DNA of 64,000 nt from Macrostomum lignano (taxonomy: Eukaryota). The notes beneath the pieces were generated by a model. That model ran no database searches. It had not been told where the DNA came from and saw only the letters and a program-made list of their open reading frames with translations. Positions 47,201-59,200 of the stretch are shown in pieces (position 1 is the first letter of the stretch; every line of letters starts with the position of its first letter). Where the stretch lies: assembly GCA_002269645.1 (NCBI GenBank), contig NIVC01000738.1, forward strand, positions 62,001 through 126,000. The letters are read 5' to 3'. Both the position numbers and the translations under genes were made by a program.

Positions 47201-50200
47201 TTGGTCTTCCGCCCCTGTTGATGACTGGTCTTCCGCCCCTGTTGATGACTGGTCTTCCGCCCCTATTGATGACTGGTCTTCCGCCCCTGTTGATGACTGG
47301 TCTTCCGCCCCTATTGATGACTGGTCTTCCGCCCCTGTTGATGACTGGTCTTCCGCCCCTGTTGATGACTGGTCTTCCGCCCCTATTGATGACTGGTCTT
47401 CCGCCCCTATTGATGACTGGTCTTCCGCCCCTATTGATGACTGGTCTTCCGCCCCTATTGATAATTGGTCTTCCGCCCCTGTTGATGACTGGTCTTCCGC
47501 CCCTATTGATAATTGGTCTTCCGCCCCTATTGATGACTGGTCTTCCGCCCCTATTGATGACTGGTCTTCCGCCCCTGTTCATGATTGGTCTTCCGCCCCT
47601 GTTGATGACTGGTCTTCCGCCCCTATTGATAATTGGTCTTCCGCCCCTGTTGATGACTGTCTTCCGCCCCTATTGATAATTGGTCTTCCGCCCCTATTGA
47701 TGACTGGTCTTCCGCCCCTGTTCATGATTGGTCTTCCGCCCCTGTTGATGACTGGTCTTCCGCCCCTGTTGATGACTGGTCTTCCGCCCCTATTGATAAT
47801 TGGTCTTCCGCCCCTGTTGATGACTGGTCTTCCGCCCCTGTTGATGACTGGTCTTCCGCCCCTATTGATGACTGGTCTTCCGCCCCTGTTGATGACTGGT
47901 CTTCCGCCCCTATTGATGACTGGTCTTCCGCCCCTATTGATGACTGGTCTTCCGCCCCTGTTCATGATTGGTCTTCCGCCCCTGTTGATGACTGGTCTTC
48001 CGCCCCTATTGATAATTGGTCTTCCGCCCCTGTTGATGACTGGTCTTCCGCCCCTGTTGATGACTGGTCTTCCGCCCCTGTTGATGACTGGTCTTCCGCC
48101 CCTATTGATAATTGGTCTTCCGCCCCTGTTGATGACTGGTCTTCCGCCCCTGTTGATGACTGGTCTTCCGCCCCTATTGATGACTGGTCTTCCGCCCCTG
48201 TTGATGACTGGTCTTCCGCCCCTGTTGATGACTGGTCTTCCGCCCCTATTGATGACTGGTCTTCCGCCCCTGTTGATGACTGGTCTTCCGCCCCTATTGA
48301 TGACTGGTCTTCCGCCCCTATTGATGACTGGTCTTCCGCCCCTGTTCATGATTGGTCTTCCGCCCCTGTTGATGACTGGTCTTCCGCCCCTATTGATAAT
48401 TGGTCTTCCGCCCCTGTTGATGACTGGTCTTCCGCCCCTGTTGATGACTGGTCTTCCGCCCCTGTTGATGACTGGTCTTCCGCCCCTATTGATAATTGGT
48501 CTTCCGCCCCTGTTGATGACTGGTCTTCCGCCCCTGTTGATGACTGGTCTTCCGCCCCTATTGATGACTGGTCTTCCGCCCCTGTTGATGACTGGTCTTC
48601 CGCCCCTGTTGATGACTGGTCTTCCGCCCCTGTTGATGACTGGTCTTCCGCCCCTGTTGATGACTGGTCTTCCGCCCCTGTTGATGACTGGTCTTCAGCC
48701 CCGGCTTACGGGCATCGGCGTGAATCCACCGGCAGCCTTGGGCGGCGCGTCCAGCAGCTCCCAGCTGCCCTTCTCCAGGCAGCCGCTCCACAGGCACAGG
48801 CCGTGAACGAAGATACCCTCAGTGGGCGGATCCCGGATGTGCTCACGGTCGCGCGAGCTGAGCTCGGCTGAGATTAGCAGGCCAGCCTCCGGCGAGCGGC
48901 CGGCGGCCTCCTGCAGCAGCAGGGAGAGCAGCGTGTTGGGCTGGGCCAGCAGCCCCAGGTTGTACAGCGGCATGCGGGCGCGGCCCAGCGCCAGGGCGCG
49001 GTCGATCTGCGCCTGCCGGGCCGTCAGGTCGGACAGAAAGCCGGCCAGCGAGTAGTGCGGAGGCGGCGCCCCGCGGCCCCACAGGCGACTCCAGCGGGCC
49101 GGCAGGCGGAACCGCTGAAGGTCATCTGCGGCCTCGGTGTCCTCCGGGCTGAGGCAGTCACCCAGGCTGGCTGAGTCCATTAGGGCGTGCTTGATGCTGA
49201 GCAGGCTGTCGCGGACGGCTGTCACGAGCGTCTGCGTGAGCTGCAAGAATTCGAAGCGCTTTTGCTGATTATTTTCACATAAAAATTGCCACATAAAACT
49301 GCGCTGCTGAAAATTGCAGGTGTGTCGCATACGAACCAGAGATTGCAGCAACAACAAAGCGCGCTGTCACAAAGACTACAGACCAACAGCTAAAACACCC
49401 GAGGGCTTCATGACTGCCAGACTTCTGCCAGGTGTGTTAGGAGCAGCTAGGGTTTCAGGTTGCCTCAGGCGTTATAAGGGCCGTATGCCACGCGGTTTTG
49501 AGGCGTGTCAGAAGATACAAAAATACCTTTGGCAATAATTCTGACATCCCTGCGTCCTCTGAGACAACTGGAGCATCTGGTATGTCTGCATTTTCTGATA
49601 CACGTGAAATTCGTGTAGCATCTCTGGCACGCCTGCAGGAACCACTGCTGCTCATAACGCACACCTGGTAACCATGGAACCCGACACACCTGTGCAAGAC
49701 TCCAGCACAATTAGTACAAGCTCCATAAGCTCTGTGTTGCCTTTCTTATTTGAAAGCATAAAAAGCCAGCGGCAGTTGGCTGCATCTCACGTGAAACTCG
49801 CGCATCATCCAGGCCGCAAAGGCCGGCTGCTGCGGATGCGGCTGCTGCTGCTGCTGCACCTTGGTCAGAGTCTCCGTCGCTGGAGCCGTCCTGGGCTGGC
49901 CCAGCTTCGCCAGGCCCGTGCTGCACACTTCCATCAGGTCGGCCAGCTTCCGGCTGCGCGAACCGGAAGCCACAGCGCCTTTAGAGGCCACTGAGGGCTT
50001 GAGCGAGCTCGGGCCCACCTGGCACTGGGAAGGACCTGTGTGATGGCGAAATATTTCAGATTCCATTTTGAATTCAGGTAAAGGAGGGGATTGGCTTGTA
50101 TTCAAATGTCTTTTCCAGAAAAATGAAAGCACTGAATTCAGGTGAAGGAGGGGATTGGCTTGTATTCAAATGTCTTTTCCAGGAAAATGAAAGCACTGAA

Positions 50201-53200
50201 TTCAGGTGAAGGAGGGGATTGGCTTGTATTCAAATGTCTTTTCCAGGAAAATGAAAGCACTGAATTCAGGTGAAGGAGGGGATTGGCTTGTATTCAAATG
50301 TCTTTTCCAGGAAAATGAAAGCACTGAATTCAGGTGAAGGAGGGGATTGGCTTGTATTCAAATGTCTTTTCCAGGAAAATGAAAGCACTGAATTCAGGTG
50401 AAGGAGGGGATTGGCTTGTATTCAAATGTCTTTTCCAGGAAAATGAAAGCACTGAATTCAGGTGAAGGAGGGGATTGGCTTGTATTCAAATGTCTTTTCC
50501 AGGAAAATGAAAGCACTGAATTCAGGTTAAGGAGGGGATTGGCTTGTATTCAAATGTCTTTTCCAGGAAAATGAAAGCACTGAATTCAGCGCCAAGTTCG
50601 TCGAAAAGGTGCGAATCCCCAGAGCGGAAATCCATTGCCGCGGTGGTCTGGGTGCCTGTCCCTGGTACCTGTTGCACCGCTGACGACTCCAGCTTGCAGA
50701 CCACATCATCTGCGCAGATTTGCACTGCTCACAGCCTAGCCTATTACGGCTAAAACTTAACATTCCCAGGACCGCCATCGTCCGAGCCATGGATGGCTAA
50801 AAACCTGCTAAATTTAGTAGTCCATGATCCCCCAGTCGCGCTCACCATCCGTTGGCGTTAGCGGCCTGCTGTAGAGGTCGTGGCTGAGGCTGGGCGAAGC
50901 GGGCAGGCGGTCCAGCACCAGGTTGAGCCGGGTGAACACGTAGTGATCAAGGCCTAGTGAGGTCTGCCACGCGGGTTGGTAAGGGGTTGCTGATCAGCTG
51001 TTTCATAGGTGTATTAGTTGTCTGCTGATTCATCTTAGCCGAGATTAGTCTTGTGGAATGCACAACTGCTTTATTGTTCAATTCAATCGTTACTGCTTCT
51101 TTTGAATCTGTTTTTGAACTTCCCTAGCTAAAAATAATATTGCTCAAGTTGGAACGAAAAACATGCTGAGAAATCAGAAGTAGTAAGTTTAAGCTAATAA
51201 GAAAAAATAATGGACAACATCTACTGCTATGCAACTACAATAAAAAGAAACGCAAAGTCAACTTAATCGATCCTTGAAGGCACCGCGGGTGCAATATTGC
51301 TATTGGAAGTAGTGATTTTTTCAGGTAGAAATTATTTAGAGTTGAGTTTTGTCTGAACTGATGCTACAGCTAGGAGCTTAGGAACGTCTACGCGCTTGCA
51401 ATGAGGTGGGTTTGACTGGGCTTGGCTAGGGCAGTAATGTACAGGGCAGGGAGGGCTGGGCTAGGCTGGGCTTGGCTAGGGCAGGAATGTACAGGGCAGG
51501 TAGGGCTGGGCTGAGCTAGGGCAGGGAGGGTTGGGCTGGGCTAGGGCAGGAATGTACAGGCCAGGGAGTGCTGGGCTGAGCTAGGGCAGGAAGGGTTGGG
51601 CTGGGCTAGGGCAGGAATGTACAGGCCAGGGAGTGCTGGGCTGAGCTAGGGCAGGAAGGGTTGGGCTGGGCTAGGCCAGGAGTGTACAGGGCTGGGTTGA
51701 GTGGAATCGCAGGGCGGCATTCACAAGCCGATTTAATTACAACGGTGACAAATTTTCGCTCATCCAAAATGCGGTTGCCGCCGCCGCTGATAAGCAGCTG
51801 AAAGCAGAGGAATTTCATAAAGTTGCGTGAGCTAAAAGGGACTTTGTAGCATAGCAATTGGTGCGGAGTGTAGCAAAATGTGCAGTTGAAGTTAATGCTA
51901 TCTCACAGAAGCGATTGACCAAATTGTGCTGCCTCAAATTTCTAATTAAACTCTAAAGGTTTTTTGGCCAGTGATTAAAATGAACGAAAATCCAGGTTTG
52001 TACTCAGTACCTCGTCGGATGGCTGCAGATGGCAGCCCTCGGCGCAGTCGAAGCTGAACGCAGGAATGGTCTGCTCCAGGGCCTGGATGAGCTGCGGCAG
52101 CTTGGAGCTCTGCGAGCCGAAGAACACCGGTGGGATCCGGTACTTTACTGGAATTGATGGGGCAGCGTGCTCTGATATCTCTTCCAGTGTTTTCCAGCGG
52201 AACTTAGATAAGCTCCCATGAAAAAATTATTGGATACCAATGGATTCTCATAACTACATGTACACCTGGGATTCCCATATAGACAATCCAGATTTCTCCG
52301 ATATACAATCAGGATTCTCCCTCAGACAGTCGGGATTCCCCCGATAGTCGGGGTCCCCAAGATAGTCAAGATTCCCCTATTGCCAGTCGGGATTACTTGA
52401 TATACAGTATGGATTCCTTCACAGCTAGTCAGGATTCGCCAATGGACAACAGGATTTCCCCAATAAGCTCAAAGAAGTCCCGATAGACTTTACCAAAGAC
52501 AAATGGATTACTTAAAGAAATTGGGATTCTCCGTAGAAGCAGGGATTTCCCAAAAAATACGATGGACTCCTCAATCAACACAGGGATTCCCCGTGGACAC
52601 GGTGAATTTCTCCATAGGTACAATAAATTCCCCCTAGAAACATGGGATTCAGCACATTCTCTCAGAGACGCAGAGATTCCCCCCCCCCCAAGGGCACATT
52701 CTTCATCGGCACAGCAACTTCTCAACTCACGCTTGGCCACTTCAAAGTCCTTTTTGACGGAGTTGGCGCTCAGCCAGTAGTCTGCCGCGGCGCCGACCGT
52801 CAGCGCGTCCTGAAAGTCCAGCATGGCGCCGCCGTACACAGTCTCCTGCAGGACGCTGCGCACGCTGCCGTAGTTGACGGCCCGCCCGGCCACCAGTTTC
52901 CCGGTGGCTTCGTCGCGGAATTCCCTCGCCAGAGCCCGCGCCGCCGCCAGGAAATCCTCCAGGCCGATCTGCGCCGCGTCTCCCGGCCGGTTGAAGCCGC
53001 CATTCAGACGGGCCCGCAGCTGCAGAGCCGCATGCAGCATCGTCAGGTTGTGCAGCGCGGCCGGCCAGTCGGAGCGCCCGCCGCCAGGACCGCCTGCGGA
53101 TGCGCGCTGAGGCATCGAGGACTGTGGCTGCAGCTGGGCTTGCACCTGTGGCTGCAGGTCCTGCAGGTTGAAGTTCAGATTCGATGGTGAAATTCACACT

Positions 53201-56200
53201 GATAAGCCTAGAGCCGCACTGATAAGCCTAGAGCCGCACTGATAAGCCTAGAGCCACACTGATAAGCCTAGAGCCACACTAATAAGCCTAGAGCCGCACT
53301 GATAAGCCTAGAGCCGCACTGATAAGCTTAGAGCCACACTGATAAGCTTAGAGCCACACTGATAAGCCTAGAGCCGCACTGATAAGCCTAGAGCCACACT
53401 GATAAGCCTAGAGCCACACTAATAAGCCTAGAGCCACACTGATAAGCCTAGAGCCGCACTGATAAGCTTAGAGCCACACTGATAAGCTTAGAGCCACACT
53501 GATAAGCCTAGAGCCGCACTGATAAGCCTAGAGCCGCACTGATAAGCCTAGAGCCACACTGATAAGCTTGGAGCCACACTAATAAGCCTAGAGCCGCACT
53601 GATAAGCCTAGAGCCGCACTGATAAGCCTAGAGCCACACTGATAAGCCTAGAGCCACACTAATAAGCCTAGAGCCGCACTGATAAGCCTAGAGCCGCACT
53701 GATAAGCCTAGACCCCTGATAAGCTTAGAGCCACACTGATAAGCCTAGAGCCGCACTGATAAGCCTAGAGCCGCACTGATAAGCCTAGAGCCACACTAAT
53801 AAGCCTAGAGCCGCACTGATAAGCCTAGAGCCGCACTGATAAGCCTAGAGCCACACTAATAAGCTTAGAGCCACACTGATAAGCCTAGAGCCGCACTGAT
53901 AAGCCTAGAGCCGCACTGATAAGCCTAGAGCCACACTAATAAGCTCATAGACACTCTGATAAACCCCAACAAGCTTTACCTGCTGCTGCTCAATGCTGGC
54001 CCAGCATCTCTGCACGCAGTCTTTGAAGATGGTCGGCATGTCCACAAAGATTTTGACCGCAGCCTGCAGCACCGGCGGTCGGTGGCTGCCCAGGCAGCAG
54101 TCGGCCCTGCAGGTCATCACCAGACGGAAGGAGGCCGCCTGAGGCTGCTTCTGCAGCTGGCCTCCAGCTGCCAGATCCGCGCAGCGCTGCATCACGTCCA
54201 GGGTGGCCGGGCCGCTACAGTGCAGCAGCGCCCAGGCGTCCTCCGCCATAGCGCGCTGGATTGCGCGCTTAGCGCCACGCTCCGTGTTGGCGGAATTGTC
54301 GGCCACCTTGGAATGAGCAATCGGAATCAGAAATGCATGGGCTGTGACTTTTTCGCCTAAAAGACAACACAAGAAAACCAAAGAAGGGGTCGGTAGGGTT
54401 GTAGTCTAGTGGTCAGAGCCCCGGACTCACGACTGAAAGGTTGGGGGTTCGATTCTCAACCCACTTGGAACAATTTGTGTCCTTGAGCAAGACACACAAC
54501 CAGCATTAGCTGGGGTAGTTGAGGGTGGTGTGGCGACCCCCCCCCCCCTGAGTCCTTGGACTGAACAGCCGTATGCAGCCTGCAGATGCGCTGCACAGTA
54601 GATTTCTACATTCTTTGATTAAAAAGCGGGCCACCCTTGAGGTCGCACGTTGGTTCAATGGCGCCAAAATCCCACCTGGAACACGATTGGCGGCCGCCCG
54701 GTGAGCCGCAGGGCGGAGCTCCTGGCCAGCCGGTCGGCCGCTGAGGCGTCCCGCTCGTGTAGCAGCAGCACTGGGGTGGCGGGGTCCGAGCCCACCGCCG
54801 TCGGCTCCACGCCCGGGTCCCTGGTGTACGCGGAGCCCAGCACGCTGACTGCGAAGGCCGCGGTGGCCTGCAGCAGCCGCTCCGGCCGCACCGACCGGAC
54901 GATGCAGAGCCGCTGCAGCGCCTGCAGCTGGTCGTCTGCCTTGTCGGGCAGCGGCGCCGCCTCCGGCTCCGCGCTCTCCACCATGCCGCGCCACTGCGAC
55001 TCGCTGGAGTTCAGCCGGCCGAACAGCTCGGCGAACCAGGGGAAGGCCTGCGCCAGCAGGCTGAGGTTGCCGAAGGCCTCGTCCGTCATCCAGTCCGGCT
55101 TCTTCACCTCGCTGACGGCGGCGGCGCCTCCCGCGTCACCGCCGGCGCCAGCGCCAATTCGTCGCCGATGCTGCGTCTGGTTGCCGTGGCTGGCAGCAGC
55201 GGCCGCGCTGGCTGCGGCGGCGGCGGCGGCGACGGAGGCGGCTTCTTCTGGCGAGCGTGCAGCCTCGGCGGCGCGGACGACCTCGGCGCCGAAGCTGGGC
55301 GCGATTACGAACTCGCGCTCGCCGGCCTGCACGCGGCCCTGGCTGTCGCTGATCTCCATGGCCAGGGCGGCCCTGTAGACGCACCTGTCCGCTTCCAACA
55401 GGGCCCGGCAGGTGTACAGGTACACCGACCAGGTCAGGCGCTCCAGGATTGTCTGCACCGCAATTCTGCAACCAGGGGTGGCATCGGAGCTGCGCTTTTC
55501 AAGGAGAAATAAGAAAGAAGAACCCTTCAAAGATAAACAGACTACTCAGTAGAAGCACTTATCAGTAGCAAAATTCGGACATCGAATTCAGTGACAGCAA
55601 GCTGCTTTAAATATCGCACCATTATTGATCAGCTTTCTACACGTATATTCATTCTAGAAGGCCTGTTTCTAAAAATAGATCAGATCAGCATGAGTCAACA
55701 ACGTACAAAAAGGATAGAAGTTTTGTTCTAAAAATAGAACAGCAAGAAACTGTACATAATCGAACGCACAGCTAGAGCCCGCCAGCCGGCGGGCTTAAAT
55801 TAAGCTTGAAGATTTAACAGAGCCGGACAGAAGCAGAGACAGAAGTAGGCAGTCCGATTTTAAGCGCCCAAGCCGCTCGTAAAAACGAAGCGATAAAAAA
55901 CAGAATTTTAGCTTTTTTTACCTGCCGGCATATCGAAAAGCCAACGGTATTGGCTCAGGCTTTTTGTACTCTTTTACAAGCAAGGGCCTGCTGAAGGTGG
56001 CGAAGGTCATTAACAGGTGACGAGTCTTAAAATCGTGTTAAAACGGTGTTAGCTGGATTTTTGACAATAAACGCAGCACGTTAAGAGATCACAGAACTTT
56101 GCGAGTATCTGAAGGCCCTAATATTCTGTCTTGAAAAAATCCTATTTTATAGTAAACTGAGATAGAAACAACTGCAGTTTTCTCGTGTTTCGCTTGCTTG

Positions 56201-59200
56201 CCAGTCTCCAGCAGTATGTGTGAAACAGAAAACTGCTAAAACTGATTGCATCCAGTTCAACAAACCAATTCTTGTCCTCCCTTTCTATGGCTATCCTTCT
56301 CAAATCTTCAAAAACAAAATCTGAAAATTATTTCTAAACTTTCTCAATTGCAAAATCTGAGTTGTTTTTTGTACTGCTACAGTTGGCAACTTTGCCGGTC
56401 AGTTAAAGCCACGTGTGTCCATGAGACCATGTGTAAAGCCATGCTCTAAGTGCTGGTGTCGTTTACCTGCCTCGGTTACCTAGTTCGGTTACGGACTAAA
56501 ATTATGCACACAAGTTATTGATTCAAATTACACAGATATCATATTTATTCACTCTGCAACCTAATCGTTAGTTCAAATTAACCTGAAGATGCACACTGTA
56601 GTACCGAAACAAAAAATCCTTACTCACAGGTGTTTTAAAGATAAGCTATATCCTAAATCTTGAAGTTAAGTATTATAAGATTGTCATCGGTGGTTCCTGT
56701 AATGAATTAATTTCTAATTAACTATTCAGGCTAAGCGCAGCAAAACAAAACCGGGGGATGTTTTGGTCGCAAGCGGGGATTCGCTGCACTTCTAAGAGAA
56801 AGCCTGGCTGTTGCAAAGCCCATTCGAGTGCGCACCTGTCCGAATGCTGGATGGCCAAATCGTAAATCTTGACGAGCTCCTGGAAGGAGAAGCAGTACAT
56901 GGGGCTGAGGCAGCGCATCAGGCCGGTGACCTCGAAGCAAACGGCGCCCCGGCGCGCGATGTCCCGGTGGCTCTCGCGGCTCTTCCGCATCAGCGCCTCG
57001 GACTCGGCCAGCCGTTCCAGCGCCGCCTCCGTCTCCTCCATCTGCTTGGCGAGATCGTTCAGCCGGCCAGCCAGCGGCAGGTCGTTCATCAGCCTGGCGC
57101 CCTCCGTGGCCAGGTGCTCCGCCACGGCCTCCTTCACGGCTTCAAGGCACTTCCGGTTGCGCAGCCGCTCGGCCATGACAGCGCGCCATTCGCGTTCGAT
57201 GCGCGGCTTCTCCAGCTCGAGGAATCGATCGAGCAGCAGCTCCTCGGTGCACTGCCGGCTGCGGTGGAAGCTCAACAGGTTTGTATAGGCGGCCAGGTGG
57301 TGCGGCACCTGCAGTGAGCGGCGGAAGATGTTATTATAGAAAAATTAGTATTACTGTTAATTACGTATGCTGAATAAACGCCTAAGGACGCCCAAGTTAC
57401 TGTAGACCTGATAAGGATGTACACTTTCGCTGAGAGTGTACATGCAGTGATTAAAGTAATTCTAAAAATAGACGAGAAGAAAAGGAAGCAAACTGAGAGT
57501 GTACATGAAAAGGATAGAAATGCTTCTAAAAATAGACCAGAAAAGGAAGCAAACTGAGAGTGTACATGAAAAGGATAAAAATGCTTCTAAAAATAGACCA
57601 GAAAAGGAAGCACACCGAGAGTGTACATGAAAAGAATAAAAATGATTCTAAAATAGACCAGTGAACGTACATACATGTACGAGTGCAAGGGTAAAAGTGC
57701 ATCTAAAAATAGCACAGCTAATAGAACTCACCCCGGAAGGCGGAGCGCTAGTGTGCAGATAGAGCCGGAAGCTGGGCGAGCACTCAACCTCGTGATCGAG
57801 CAGCAGCATCTTGAACGGGACAGTCTCCGTGAAGAACTTCCACTGCTGCATGAGCACTGGCCGGAAGCGACGATCCTCAGCCAGCTGGTCGAGGTCGCAG
57901 TCAGTGACCACCAGCACGCTGCCGTCAGCCAGAGCGGCTTCGAGCTGGGTACGCAGGCTGTGGTACTTGACCTCCACCTGGAGAGGCAGAGAGTTGTATT
58001 GATAATTCACAATGATATTGTTGATCAATGCTCCTTTGCCCAGTCTTATATGATGTTTTCTAAATGAGCGAGCTAATCAAATCCTGATTGGTCCAGTGGG
58101 TCAGCGCAATTGCCGCTGTCACATTTCAAAGTTAAGCAGGGTTGACTGCGGTTAGCAAGCAGCTGGATAGGCTGAGTTTCAGTTCACTTCAAGACGTGTA
58201 TCAAAAGCATGACCAATGATTAATGGCCCTTTATCTATGATTTATGATAATTATCAATCGCTGATAAACAATTGCGGCCCGGCTCACCGCGGACTGCTGG
58301 TATTTGCGCAGCCAGGTGACGGCCGCCCTGGTGGGGTCGCAGATGAGCGGCCAGGCCTGGCAGTGCCGCTCCAGCATGACGAAGCAGGCGTTCTCCCGCT
58401 GCAGCCGGGTGGTCGGCAGGCGCAGCAGGTCCAGCTCGTCCGTGTCCACCTGCGAAGGGTTGCGGGTGTATACAATACTACTGTTAGTCATTTATCGTAC
58501 GCAGATACTGTACGCTGGCACGCACTCATACACGCGCTCACACAGGGTGCACAGCGTATGGATTTGATTGAAGTGTCAGCTAGCTAAAAGCGGAATCGAA
58601 CTCTGCCCTTTGGCATGGCGGCATTTCTTTGCTCGCCATGCAAGCTTTTCGTGCCACACTCAATACTGTCTACTTATCAGTAGACGAACTCTGACATCTA
58701 GGTTGATTTACAAGCGTATCAGTTTGAGCTTAAAATTAGCAATCGGCGCCCGCCGTTGGGAAGCAAACGACTAATATAATGATTTTTTAAAAGTAAACTT
58801 CTTATATAAAGCTTCTGACCTCAGCCTTTACGTCTTAGCAATCCCCCCAAGCCTTGCCACCTTGCCAAAGCATTGCCAAAACAAAAGCGAGTTTCGCACC
58901 GATTTAAACAGAAAGTCGGCCAGCTCCACGGCCTGCGGTCCGCCGGCCCGTTGGTCGAACAGCGCGCGCCTCCGGACGGACGGCACCTCGGCCACCCCGG
59001 CCGCCTCGCACAGCTGGCGGAATTTCCCGGCCAGCCGACGGCGGGCGTCGACGCCCAGGCCGCCGCAATAGGTGAGGAAGGCGGCCGCCACGGCGCAGTC
59101 GACCTGCAGGACGGAGTCGCTGGAGAACTCGGCGACAAAGTCTGACCACTCGGCTTCCATTCGCTGCAGCTGCTGCACGATGGCCTGTGCGCGTTGCAGG

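Noticed and set aside
33221-48700. CRISPR-like interpretation of the 24-bp array (also the 64-bp and 42-bp arrays)
   Set aside because: Units are head-to-tail with no unique spacers, there are no cas genes, and the context is eukaryotic and intronic.
33211-48806. Very long ORFs (up to 1594 aa) of MTGLPPLL, DDWSSAPI, NRGGRPVI or TGAEDQSS repeats
   Set aside because: A stop-free 24-bp unit is automatically open in several frames on both strands. The ORFs break at random indels and lie in an intron, so they are not called as genes.
53197-53945. TGATAAG (GATA) site in most 20-mer units, and a GC-box (GGGGCGG) in most 24-mer units
   Set aside because: Six- to seven-base motifs arise by chance in almost any monomer and are amplified by tandem duplication, so they carry no independent support.
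54397-54465. Possible tRNA genes (also 12054-12115 and 63195-63270)
   Set aside because: The anticodon or acceptor stems do not pair well and the heads continue into shared repeat bodies, so they were classed as SINEs.
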